Origin: Oligoflexia bacterium
GTDB taxonomy: Bacteria; Bdellovibrionota; Bdellovibrionia; JABDDW01
Length of the DNA: 64,000 bases
Assembly: GCA_034439615.1 (NCBI GenBank)
Contig: JAWXAT010000010.1
Location: 5,001 to 69,000 of the forward strand
Direction: 5' to 3'
Shown here: in pieces, positions 49,588-59,365 of the stretch
Position numbering within the stretch: position 1 is the first letter of the stretch
How the letters are laid out: each line of letters opens with the position of its first letter
The notes under the pieces: model-generated
The model's input: only the letters and a program-made list of their open reading frames with translations
What the model was told of the DNA's origin: nothing
Databases searched by the model: none
Position numbers and translations under genes: made by a program

Positions 49588-51465
49588 TTGGTTATGAGGA
49601 AGTCTCTTGTTTTCATACTTTTAGCACTAACTTTGGTTACACCAAATACCATGGCTGCCACGGGTATTACTATGAGTATGGACAATCCCATTCCCGATGC
49701 CATGGGTCTCTTTTTAAGTAATCCAAAAGGGCAAGATGTACTTTTACATGATCAACTCGAACATATTCTTTGGAATTACGGCATGTCGTTTAAATCCGGC
49801 CATTTTAAAGAATTATCGTTAATTCCTGATCAAGAAATTGATCTAAATAGTTTACCTCCGGAATACAAAAAATATGAAGACACCCTACATGATATAAAAT
49901 CAGCTATTAAAAAATGGACTCAAAACTACAGTATGAAAAACCCTAAGCTTGAGATGAAAATCAAAGATATAGGTTTTTCTCTCAAACTTTCACACATGTC
50001 ATTACTTCCAGATTATAATCTCTTTGCAAAATCAGGCGAAAGAGACGGGGCCATACTTGTATTAAAATTAGTTATTCCTGATATCAAAGTAAATATTCGA
50101 GCAATTGTCGCAAAAGATACTAACAATGAAATATTAAGAAGTTTTGGACTTACAGGAATCACAGCCTCTCTTGCACCTGAATGCCGGGCGGATCAAAAAG
50201 CTGACAACATTTTGGTGCCCGATTGTGTAGAAAAAAAGCAAGATCTGGTTATCACAGTACCTTTGCTTATTAAAATTGATGGTGATGGCAAGCTCATAGC
50301 TCAAACATTTAGCAAAAAAAATAACGACAAAGAGGATCCAAAAAACCCAAATCCACTATTCATAAATACAAACACGAGTGCACTTCAAATTATTTTAGGT
50401 TATGAAAAGAAGGTGTTACCACAGCTGACATTAATGGTGGCCGACTCAGCAGATGCAAAAGATTTTGATGAAAATTATAAATCAAAAAAACCCGACGCGA
50501 TAAAATTCACAACTGATCATATCGATGATATTTTTAAAAAAAATCATTCTAAATTAGTTAAAATTACACAGACCTATTTAGAAAAATTTATTCAAACACA
50601 ATTTTCTCGTGAATTTAACGGCTTTTTGTCTAAAATTTCTCACGTCATTCGAGACGTGAGTCAAATGCCTCCACCGGGTGTTCCAAAAGGCACTAAAGAA
50701 GAATTGGGTTTTCGTCGCAGCACAAAGCTTGATGAAGTCGTTCAGACAGATAAATATCTCGGATTTCGATTCAGCGGTTATGTAGAAGATCCCGAAAAAA
50801 CAACACCTGCGATTGTGTCAAAGGACACCCATCGCCATGCAGAGCCAAAACTTGCCTCCGACCAATATGATTATGCTTTTTCATTAAACCAGAACTATAT
50901 TAACCGCATTGTGCAGTTGAGTTTCAATCGAGGGTACTTTGAAAACATCGTAGTTAAAACAGAGAAAATAAAAAAAGACGATGGTACTGAAGAAATAAAG
51001 CAGAAATATATTGGCCTTGATAAACCACCAGCACTTCAATTTGACGACAGTCTCTGCAAACGCGGGCAACTAGACACAAAATTTAGAACAAGACTTAAAA
51101 TTTTTCACCATGCAGTTGGTTTTTGGGAGGATGTTGCTTTTGACAAACTTACTGCAAGTGTTGATTTGTTATTTCGCCTAAAGCCCGTGCCTGGCGGAAT
51201 TGCTGTGATTTATGATTCTTTTGATTTGAGCACCTTAAATGTCGAAGACAAAACAATTAGATTTGGGTTCGGCTGGAAAGTGAAGGGAAATATTAAAGGG
51301 ACATTGGCAGAAGAAAACAAAACCTATGCTTCTAAAGAATCAATCGCTATTGCAAAAATACCCATCCCTCCTAATTTCACAGGAATTCCCGCACAGCTCC
51401 ATACAATTTGCTCCGATGGATCGGGTCATTTAATGATGTATTTAGATAAGATGGGTGGAAAATGA
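49588..51465 (+). CDS. Large secreted hypothetical protein
   Basis: Signal peptide. 625 aa, Lys/Asp-rich. No known domain recognised. Confidence 0.4.
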   Translation: MVMRKSLVFILLALTLVTPNTMAATGITMSMDNPIPDAMGLFLSNPKGQDVLLHDQLEHILWNYGMSFKSGHFKELSLIPDQEIDLNSLPPEYKKYEDTLHDIKSAIKKWTQNYSMKNPKLEMKIKDIGFSLKLSHMSLLPDYNLFAKSGERDGAILVLKLVIPDIKVNIRAIVAKDTNNEILRSFGLTGITASLAPECRADQKADNILVPDCVEKKQDLVITVPLLIKIDGDGKLIAQTFSKKNNDKEDPKNPNPLFINTNTSALQIILGYEKKVLPQLTLMVADSADAKDFDENYKSKKPDAIKFTTDHIDDIFKKNHSKLVKITQTYLEKFIQTQFSREFNGFLSKISHVIRDVSQMPPPGVPKGTKEELGFRRSTKLDEVVQTDKYLGFRFSGYVEDPEKTTPAIVSKDTHRHAEPKLASDQYDYAFSLNQNYINRIVQLSFNRGYFENIVVKTEKIKKDDGTEEIKQKYIGLDKPPALQFDDSLCKRGQLDTKFRTRLKIFHHAVGFWEDVAFDKLTASVDLLFRLKPVPGGIAVIYDSFDLSTLNVEDKTIRFGFGWKVKGNIKGTLAEENKTYASKESIAIAKIPIPPNFTGIPAQLHTICSDGSGHLMMYLDKMGGK

Positions 51466-52052
51466 AAAAATTAGTATTTGTTTTGATTTTTATATTTTCG
51501 ACCTCAGCCTTCTCATATCAAACACTTCCCGCTATTCAGATTAAAAATCTAAATGAATTTGCAGGTTCTTATTTAACTGTTTTTTATGTCAGTGGAAGCA
51601 TGGGCTCTATGGGCCTTGATTTCCCCGGGCAAAAACCAAAAATAAATACGATTTTACCCATTGTCACTAAAGGTGCAACAGAGTCTCAGAATATTGAAAT
51701 TCCACTGCGCCGTTATTTAATCAAAGCTGAAGGTGAAATAAATATTCCAAAAGCATATATCCAAAAAATTGGAATCAGAGCTGCCACCCTTATTATTTTT
51801 GTAATTCACAAACAAGATGAGGTCTTTCTCAGAAACACGAGCAAAGAATTTGCCGATAGAATTGTTGGTGAAAAGGGCGATACACGCCTGCTTGATGATC
51901 GCACTACGATTAAAAAAACAAATAAAACACTTGAAACTGGCAATATTCAATTTCAATGTATTCAAACTTACAGCACTTGGAATTTAGGCGCACAAGTAAA
52001 TGAAAAGTCTGTTCTGCCAATGAACTTTGATTCAAAGCAATGTCTCAAATAA
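51462..52052 (+). CDS. Secreted hypothetical protein
   Basis: Signal peptide. Overlaps the preceding gene by 4 nt. Confidence 0.4.
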   Translation: MKKLVFVLIFIFSTSAFSYQTLPAIQIKNLNEFAGSYLTVFYVSGSMGSMGLDFPGQKPKINTILPIVTKGATESQNIEIPLRRYLIKAEGEINIPKAYIQKIGIRAATLIIFVIHKQDEVFLRNTSKEFADRIVGEKGDTRLLDDRTTIKKTNKTLETGNIQFQCIQTYSTWNLGAQVNEKSVLPMNFDSKQCLK

Positions 52053-52133
52053 TTTAATCTTCGCCTCAAAACCCGTGTCACAGGTAGCACACTGTTTCTG
52101 TTTCGTAACAGCCATCACCCCTGTGCATGAAAT

Positions 52134-52210
52134 GAGTACCAGGAGATTACACCTATGGAGTTAGGCATCTAATAGAGGCCTAACTCCATAGTGTGATGAT
52201 TATGACCAAG
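52134..52210. repeat. ~75-bp palindromic intergenic repeat, copy 2
   Basis: gagtacc-aggagattacacctatggagttaggcatctaatagaggcctaactccatagtgtgatgatt closely matches copy 1 at 1062-1134 and carries the same hairpin arms. Confidence 0.75.
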
Positions 52211-52382
52211 TCGTGACTTTAGAGATTATGAAAATCGAACAGGAAGAGCAAGAGAGTGAGACGAGCCGCCCTAATGTTAGCGAACCGACCACGGTTGCAA
52301 AGGATTACTCCTTTACCGTTTAAATGAAACGGGAGTTTGTAAGCAGGAAATATCGAAAAACAGAATCTTCAATACAGATTTT

Positions 52383-52766
52383 CTAGGGAGCAGTAACAAT
52401 ATTCAATTCGCTGTGCTTTGAAATCATCAACAAGTCTTGATCTGCAGTGAGCAGAGGAATTTCGGAATCAATGCACAATTGTGCGATATAAATATCAGCT
52501 ATAGAAACACCTTTTCCTTCTTGGTAGATTTTTCGTCTCAGAAGCCCTGCTCGCTCGAAAAACCCTAACTCAATTTCAATACGTGGCAGATCAAGAAGAT
52601 ACTTTTCAGTTTTTTTTGGTAGTTTAGGCGAGCTAAGGAGTTCGCTTAACACGAAGGGATTCATTAAAAGCTGCTTTTCATCAAAAGCTTTTTGTAGCAC
52701 TTCGATTGACTTGCCACTGGTTCCTCGAAAAAAATCGATGAAAATGTTGGTGTCAGCGCAAATCAC
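52383..52766 (-). CDS. vapC: PIN-domain toxin VapC
   Basis: ICADTNIFIDF at the N-terminus and a conserved distal Asp (LLTADQDL). The gene overlaps the upstream small antitoxin-like gene. Confidence 0.75.
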   Translation of the reverse strand: MICADTNIFIDFFRGTSGKSIEVLQKAFDEKQLLMNPFVLSELLSSPKLPKKTEKYLLDLPRIEIELGFFERAGLLRRKIYQEGKGVSIADIYIAQLCIDSEIPLLTADQDLLMISKHSELNIVTAP

Positions 52767-52968
52767 GCTTGTGCTTTCTCATCGCCTTAACATCAAGTTC
52801 GAGGTCAACGGTTCCTCGCATTTTTGAGAGTTCCCGATAGGCTTCTGTTGAGGCAAGAATCTTCAACCCTTGTCGTACAGTATCGGTGAAGCTTTTGCCG
52901 GTCGCTTTAACCGCTGACTTGACCAGAGATTCTTCTAACTCTAGGGTATATTTTTTATTCGCTTTCAT
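52753..52968 (-). CDS. vapB: VapB-like antitoxin
   Basis: 71-aa protein overlapping the vapC start by 14 nt. Confidence 0.55.
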   Translation of the reverse strand: MKANKKYTLELEESLVKSAVKATGKSFTDTVRQGLKILASTEAYRELSKMRGTVDLELDVKAMRKHKRDLR

Positions 52969-53789
52969 ACCATATATAATACCATACTAAAATATGGTAT
53001 TTCAAGGCAAATAAATAATAGTGATTCAAGCTGTTTAAGACTGCAAATTCTTTTAAAAATGGAGTTAACTTTTTCAGAAAAACGGGTAGCAGCCAAAATC
53101 AGCACGGAAAGGCCATAAAAACGGCCAAGTTGAATTTGAAGCCTTCGCTCAAGAGAGGGCTTTTCAAAGAGTCTACCAAATGAAAGCTTTGTCAGTGCCC
53201 AAACGCCCTGAGGTCTCTCATTGAAGATTCCCTTCGGATCCATTTTCAGATTTGACGGTGAGCTACTTATCTAGTTTACTTTCAATATGCACCTCATCAT
53301 GGTCTTTTTATTACTGATCAATTTTCATGCTGAAGCTTCCGACTATTGTCAGAAAAGAGTGGAAGCAAAGCTGATTCAAATCATCTCCCAAGAAAAATTT
53401 GACGGTAGCTGTTAAATTAAAACGAAGACTAAAGTATTGCGTTTAAAGCCTCCTAATGCCGAGAGCGGTACATATAATTGCGAGATGCCTGGATTAGGTA
53501 TTAAAAATATGACAATAGTAGTTCCTAATAAAAAGGAACGACTGAAGCTTAATTCAATGATCGGAAAGATAGTCATTTTAAAATATGAAAAGAGCTGCGG
53601 TGAGGATAGCGAATGTTTGGAAATTTGGAAGTTTCCTTTTGAAGACTAACTTTGGCCATCTGCCACTCCTATAAATTTCAACGGCTGGACGATTTAGAAT
53701 TGATTCAGCCGTTCTATTTTTCAGGAATTTCCTAAGCTCAATAAAGCGCTGTCGAGTAGTCATATAATATTCTCCTAATAAATAAAGTT

Positions 53790-55690
53790 ATTGTGAGAAG
53801 ATTTATTTCCCTCACAGAACCGTACTTGCGATTTTCCCGCATACGGCTCTTCGTAATATTCACGTGCTAGAAAATCCGGTATAAAAGTTATGATGGATCG
53901 CAGGCGTGGGAAGAGGATGTCGCTTGAGGTACAGTGAATAGCCCTCAAGGTTAAAACTCTTTTTCTGACTGCGCCGGTTAAGCCACTTAAATACTAACCG
54001 CTTAACCGTGGAGTTAAAGTCGTTAATACTTCGGTAGTTTCCACTTACCCCATAATATTGAAAGTGCCCTCGTAGCTTTGCCTTCAATATTTTCCATATC
54101 ACTTCGAGCTGATAGAGATTGCGTGAGTTTTTCAACCACAGATTCATCTCCGTTATTTTCGCTGTGAACTTTTTCCGATCTGTTTTCCGACCAAGCTTAA
54201 AAGTGTTCTTCTTCGTTCGGTCAATAAAGTGAGTAAAGCCTAAAAAGTTAAATGTTGCTGGACGCTGCTCTTTGCTATGCGCATTTTGCTTGGCAAATCG
54301 ACCAAACTCAATCACACGCGTCTTCTCTTCTGAGAGCTCAAGATTAAATTTCTTGAGCCTTGCAGTCAGGGCTTCGCGGATTTTAATGGCGTCGTCTTTG
54401 TATTGTACACAGATGATAAAATCATCAGCGTATCTAATCATTTCAACGACTCCACGACAGTTTCGCTTCACCACTTTCTGCATCCAAAGATCCAGCACAT
54501 AATGAAGATAGATGTTGGCAAGGATCGGAGAGATCACGCCACCTTGAGGTGTGCCCTCATCAGTTGCGTGAAGCTTTCCTTCTTCCATGTATCCATTCTT
54601 CAAAAAGCGTTTGATCAATCGAAGAAGGGCTGGATCGTTAATTCTCACGCTCAAGAACTTCATCATCCATTCATGATCGACATTATCAAAGAAGCCTTTG
54701 ATGTCGGCATCGATGACGTGGTTGATCGGATTCATCATGATAACCTGGTTCAGTTGCTTGAGCGCTTGGTGACAGCTCCGGTGAGGTCTAAAGCCGTAGG
54801 AAAAATCTAGAAAGTCGACTTCGTAAATGGATTCTAGTATCCGCACAATCCCGCGTTGAACGATTTTATCTTCAACCGACGGAATTCCAAGAGCCCGTTC
54901 TTTCCCATTTGCCTTTGCGATATATGACCTTCGCACCGGCTGCGGTTTGTACGACTGGGCTTTCATGCGAGCGACTAGTGCCGCTACATTCGCATCTAAA
55001 TTCTTTCCGTATTCTTCGACACTCACACCGTCAATGCCGGCCGCTTTTCCGCGCTTAAGCATTCCAAAACATTCCTTTAAGCTTTCTTCCCCTAGCAGAT
55101 ACGCAACATTATTCACGCGACATTTCTCGTCCCGTTTCACAAGCTCCGATATGAGATTTAATTTCGTTTGCATGTATTTTCCTGACTCTGAAGTTCAGTA
55201 CCTGTTTCCTTAAATCTCTGCATACTAACGCTGATCCCTTCAAGTGAGGCTCTTTCCTCGCGCCGGACATTACTCCGACTACTCCTTTAATACGAACCAG
55301 TCCGACTTCCTGCTATTCATCCCCGCATCCTCTCTTTTTCAGATTGTTTGCCGGTATCCATTGCTGGAAAATAACAGGATCTCCCAAGTTCCGATCGCTT
55401 CTCAATGACTTCGTACCGCGGACTTAGACCCCGAAAGAGAAAACAAGTTCTCGCATTACGACCTTGCTCTTACTGCCTTCCGATACATGAACATCGTCGG
55501 CCTCTTTAACACTGGAAAATTTCGGGGCTCAATACCTTCACTTGCGTTGCGGTCCAACGTCTCCTGTCTTGCGGCTTCACGGATCTTGTTACCGCCACCC
55601 GTGCGCATTAAGTTTCAGGCCGCCTGCTCGGCTTTGCCTGCGTCGGATTTCTTACCGACAAGAAACGATCGATTTAGCTTGGCGCACTCA
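53790..55690 (-). mobile_element. Bacterial group II intron (~1.9 kb) with an RT/maturase ORF and no endonuclease domain
   Basis: On the minus strand the 5' end reads GTGCGCCAAGC… (group II consensus GUGYG) at ~55690. Domain V GAGCCGTATGCGGGAAAATCGCAAGTACGGTTC lies at ~53815-53850, and a domain VI-like hairpin GTGAG…CTCAC follows. The RT ORF sits inside. Confidence 0.8.
53860..55173 (-). CDS. Group II intron-encoded reverse transcriptase/maturase
   Basis: RT domains 0-7 including YADD (IRYADDFIICV) and a maturase X region. The protein ends without an HNH/En domain. Length is 437 aa. Confidence 0.9.
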   Translation of the reverse strand: MQTKLNLISELVKRDEKCRVNNVAYLLGEESLKECFGMLKRGKAAGIDGVSVEEYGKNLDANVAALVARMKAQSYKPQPVRRSYIAKANGKERALGIPSVEDKIVQRGIVRILESIYEVDFLDFSYGFRPHRSCHQALKQLNQVIMMNPINHVIDADIKGFFDNVDHEWMMKFLSVRINDPALLRLIKRFLKNGYMEEGKLHATDEGTPQGGVISPILANIYLHYVLDLWMQKVVKRNCRGVVEMIRYADDFIICVQYKDDAIKIREALTARLKKFNLELSEEKTRVIEFGRFAKQNAHSKEQRPATFNFLGFTHFIDRTKKNTFKLGRKTDRKKFTAKITEMNLWLKNSRNLYQLEVIWKILKAKLRGHFQYYGVSGNYRSINDFNSTVKRLVFKWLNRRSQKKSFNLEGYSLYLKRHPLPTPAIHHNFYTGFSST

Positions 55691-55861
55691 TATTTATTCC
55701 TTGAAGTTTTGGAAACCAATATTGTTGATTAAAACCAAAGACTCTAAATGTTACGTTTTTTCATCAGAAGACGCGCTCTCAGCATCAAGAGAGTTAGCTC
55801 TGATTTGTAAAACTGAAATAACATCAGATGTTAGATTCGTGGCATAGTTGAAGGAGAGAGC

Positions 55862-56350
55862 TTGAAGAAACTTGATGTTGATTGTGATAAACTAATCTCT
55901 CTGTGTGGGATAATGGCTGTAACGACAAACAAGATTATTTGCGAGAAATACCCACCATTAGAAAATATTAAGCTAACCGAGTTTCTTGCCTTTTATGCGG
56001 TCGCCTGTCTTGCTGAGATTCTCTCTATGTTCGCCTCAGAGCACGATGAGGCTGCTTTTAATTCTTGGTATAAAACAGCTTTAGTTCCTGTGCTGAATAA
56101 AAAATATCAACATGGGTCCACACTACTTATTGATTGCATGGAAGCAAAAGCCACTTTTATAAAACAAGCTGAAAAAATAAAATTTGAAAACCATGAGGAG
56201 CCATTAAAAATATTACCCTGCTCAGTTGGCGGGTGGCTTTTAATTAATTTAGTTGGAAAAGATTTTGCAAAGCAGAATATGGAAATTGCAGAAATTCTTG
56301 GTGGTTTAGCAGAGCGCGATGGGCAGGAAATTTTGCGCACGCTAGCATAA
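55862..56350 (+). CDS. Hypothetical protein
   Basis: 162-aa soluble ORF. No known domain recognised. Confidence 0.3.
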   Translation: MKKLDVDCDKLISLCGIMAVTTNKIICEKYPPLENIKLTEFLAFYAVACLAEILSMFASEHDEAAFNSWYKTALVPVLNKKYQHGSTLLIDCMEAKATFIKQAEKIKFENHEEPLKILPCSVGGWLLINLVGKDFAKQNMEIAEILGGLAERDGQEILRTLA

Positions 56351-56381
56351 TGTCAAAGCTATTCATCGGGTCATCCATACC

Positions 56382-57388
56382 GTGGACTCAGTGTTTGTGT
56401 CCCAGAAAACTCATGGAAATAGAAAATTTGTGTATATAGGAAGAGTAAAAAATAAAGTAAACACCGTCATCGGCAATATTCTGTCGGCCATTACCTATTA
56501 CAAGCAGCTTAACAAGTTTGTTAGGTTCGAGTTGAATGAAAGTGATTTAGTTAAAGCTCAAATCCTCAATATCTTGCAAAAAAAGCTGGGCAATGATCAC
56601 CACAACTCCATATTAGCGACGGAGCTCTCTGAAGCTATTATAAACATGATTGAAGCCAATGACGAATCCCTTGTTTTGGACAGAGTGAGCAAGCATTTTG
56701 GACCACTGCTTGAATTAATAGTGCACAAAACTGGATTACTCTGCGGTGTTGCAGGACTGTGGGAATTAAATCTTAAATTTCTTGCACACAAACTGAATAT
56801 TGATGTTTTTGAGGAGCGTCGAGACGAAGTAAGAACCACTAACTTATCAGTAATTTGCAAAGAGATAAATCGTCGTTACCCTAAAATTAAAGTGGATTTT
56901 GAATTTCATGGGAATATTCGCCATTGCCTGTTTCATGGGAATTTCAAGCAGCTTAGGATAATGATGGAGTTAAAGTTGAGTGCTGAAGATAGAGAAATTC
57001 TGAAGAGTAAAATTGTTGCCCTCCATTTCGGGAAACAAGGAAATGATCGCTTCACAATGTCTGACGATCAAATGTCAATTAATCAGGCCATTGAGATGGG
57101 TCCATTTTTTTGGTTTTATCGGGCGGTAATTCTAAACTTATTGATTTTGTGGTTCGGGAATTTGAACATGGGCTTGCTCTAATCGAAAAGCTAATCATGA
57201 TCCAGGGTGTGAGCTTTGATGACTGCGCTGGTATTTTTGATCAGCTGGCGATTGAAGGAAGAAGGCTGACGCCAATACAGGAGGAGCGTCTTTTTCAGCA
57301 GCATAAAAGATTCGCGCCGCATTTTACCGACACTAGAGAAGACTTTATTAAGCGACTATATCAATCCTTTGATGTTGTTGTTGCGTAG
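56382..57388 (+). pseudogene. Hypothetical gene apparently split by a +/-1 frameshift at a T7 homopolymer (~57103-57109)
   Basis: The 266-aa ORF (56382-57182) ends in implausible hydrophobic sequence after GPFF. A protein-like reading continues in another frame through 57110-57388. Confidence 0.35.
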
Positions 57389-57499
57389 GTTTCAGCCGTG
57401 GCGGCATTGGGCCGACTACACTCCGGTGCGCCTAGGACCCTATATGGACCCTAAAATAAAAAGTCTTGAAACCCAATTCTGGTAAGTGTTTGAAAAGAT

Positions 57500-57576
57500 T
57501 GGTGCGGCCGGCAGGAGTCGAACCTGCGACCCTCAGATTCGTAGTCTGATATTCTATCCAGCTGAACTACGGCCGC
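57500..57576 (-). tRNA. tRNA-Arg (anticodon ACG)
   Basis: Reverse complement GCGGCCGTAGTTCAGCTGGATAGAATATCAGACTACGAATCTGAGGGTCGCAGGTTCGACTCCTGCCGGCCGCACCA folds into a cloverleaf with a 7/7 acceptor stem, GTTCGA T-loop and encoded CCA. Confidence 0.9.
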
Positions 57577-57731
57577 ATCGAGGGAAATAAAGAAAGAAAT
57601 GGATAACACTGTGTGACCCGGTTTGCAACCCTCTAAAACTTGCCCAATGTTATTGAAATCATTAGAAGATGTGGATTATCTACACGATTTTACATAACAT
57701 TTACTTTGATCAACAATTAATGAGGGCGGCG

Positions 57732-58547
57732 ATGACAATTCTTCAAAGCATTATCCTTGGAATCGTTCAAGGTTTGGGAGAATTTCTCCCCATCTCTAGT
57801 TCCGCTCACCTTATTATAGTTCCGTGGCTTATGGGCTGGCCAGATCACGGCCTTACTTTTGATATCGCACTTCACTTCGGCACACTGACAGCGCTTCTTA
57901 TTTATTTTCATCGCGAGTGGTACGAATTAAGCCTTGCTTGCCTCCGCTTACGGCCAAAACATTTCAAGCCCGGAGCTCTTAATAACGACACCAATCTTAG
58001 GCTTGCACTTTATATTGTGATCGCAACAATACCGGGTGCGATTTTAGGCCTCTTACTTGAGCACCATGTAGAGACTGTGTTTCGTAATCCAAAACTCATC
58101 GCATTTACTCTAAGTGGCATGGGTATAGCGTTGTGGATTGTGGATAAGAAGGCGCCGAAATCTCGAGACATCGTAAGTCTCACATTAAAAGATGCAGTGA
58201 TCATTGGCATCTCCCAAGGCCTTGCATTGTTTCCGGGAATTTCAAGATCTGGCATCACAATCACAACTGGTCTCTTACGTGGACTCGATCGCGGAGCTGC
58301 CGCAAGATTTTCATTTATGCTTTCAATGCCCATCACAGCGGGTGCTTGTATTTTAAAACTTCGACATCTAACCGCCGCTGATTTTACAAATAGTTTTATC
58401 GTAGGAGTAATCGTTGCAGCAATCTTTGGTTACTTAGCAATTGGTGGATTAATCAGGTTTTTGCAAACAAGGTCATACGGTGTATTTGCCGTCTATCGCG
58501 TGGTGTTGGCTCTTATTATTGGGGTGGTGATTTTTTACCGCGGTTAA
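57732..58547 (+). CDS. uppP: Undecaprenyl-diphosphatase
   Basis: GLGEFLPISSSAHL and the eight-TM UppP/BacA architecture. The start is taken at the internal Met (MTILQSII). Confidence 0.85.
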   Translation: MTILQSIILGIVQGLGEFLPISSSAHLIIVPWLMGWPDHGLTFDIALHFGTLTALLIYFHREWYELSLACLRLRPKHFKPGALNNDTNLRLALYIVIATIPGAILGLLLEHHVETVFRNPKLIAFTLSGMGIALWIVDKKAPKSRDIVSLTLKDAVIIGISQGLALFPGISRSGITITTGLLRGLDRGAAARFSFMLSMPITAGACILKLRHLTAADFTNSFIVGVIVAAIFGYLAIGGLIRFLQTRSYGVFAVYRVVLALIIGVVIFYRG

Positions 58548-59207
58548 TTCAAATTCAATCTTTTCAAATACAGGTAAAAGATTTTTTAAAACCGTGATGT
58601 CACCCTCGATTTTTCCCCATATTTTTTCACTCTTTATATTTTCTTTTTGGGAAACCAAGCGAATCCAATCTCTTAGATTTAGAGTTACGACGCTTTGAAC
58701 TCCGATAAGATTTACTACTTCGTGAGGCAAAATATTTCGAACAGATATGTTTTGAGTTTCACCACGTTCCAAAAGATATGAATCCGTCTTGCCACTATGA
58801 CAAACTCTAATCTCCACACACCCTTCTCCACGCCCTAAAAATGAACACATAAGTCTTAGAGTGAGTGAAACATCTATTTGTTCTTGTGACCCAGGTTTTC
58901 CCCAGATGTTTTGATTAGCCCAAATAAAAACCCGCCTTAACACTGGCATAAACGATTTACCAATTTCAGTTAATTGATATTCTACGCGAGGTGGTGCTTC
59001 AGAATATTCTTGCCTCACAATAATGCCTTTTACACAGAGATGTTCAAGTTTACGCGTGAGCTGATCCATGGAAATACTTGAAATATTCGCTTTAATAGTT
59101 TTAAATCGCTTGGGCCCCATCATGAGTTCGCGCAAGATTAGTAATGACCAACGATCACCAATAATATCTGCACTGCGCGTAATAGGGCACCATTGTTCAT
59201 TACTCAC
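58473..59207 (-). CDS. HxlR-family HTH transcriptional regulator with C-terminal extension
   Basis: CPITRSADIIGDRWSLLILREL…PPRVEYQLTEIGKSF matches the HxlR-type winged helix. The 3' end overlaps uppP by ~75 nt. Confidence 0.55.
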   Translation of the reverse strand: MSNEQWCPITRSADIIGDRWSLLILRELMMGPKRFKTIKANISSISMDQLTRKLEHLCVKGIIVRQEYSEAPPRVEYQLTEIGKSFMPVLRRVFIWANQNIWGKPGSQEQIDVSLTLRLMCSFLGRGEGCVEIRVCHSGKTDSYLLERGETQNISVRNILPHEVVNLIGVQSVVTLNLRDWIRLVSQKENIKSEKIWGKIEGDITVLKNLLPVFEKIEFELTAVKNHHPNNKSQHHAIDGKYTV

Positions 59208-59365
59208 AAAATAAGAGTATCAACATCAAGGTTAAGAATCTTTGGGAATACGCGAGACAATCAATTTTTAGACATTGGTCCTAAAACAATATACCAAATC
59301 GAAGTTGGCTTTACGATGAGTTTGTTTTTGCAACATCACTCCTTTGTGACTAAACTTTTTAGTCT

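Noticed and set aside
52965-53763. Three small ORFs (92, 70, 61 aa) between vapB and the intron
   Set aside because: None has recognisable motifs. The 61-aa and 70-aa ORFs overlap on opposite strands, so at most one is real. They are not reported as features.
54272-55213. Plus-strand ORFs of 76, 135 and 88 aa
   Set aside because: They are antisense to the intron RT/maturase gene, whose RT motifs are unambiguous.
55487-55847. Plus-strand ORFs of 81 and 101 aa
   Set aside because: They lie across the 5' end and domain I of the minus-strand group II intron RNA.
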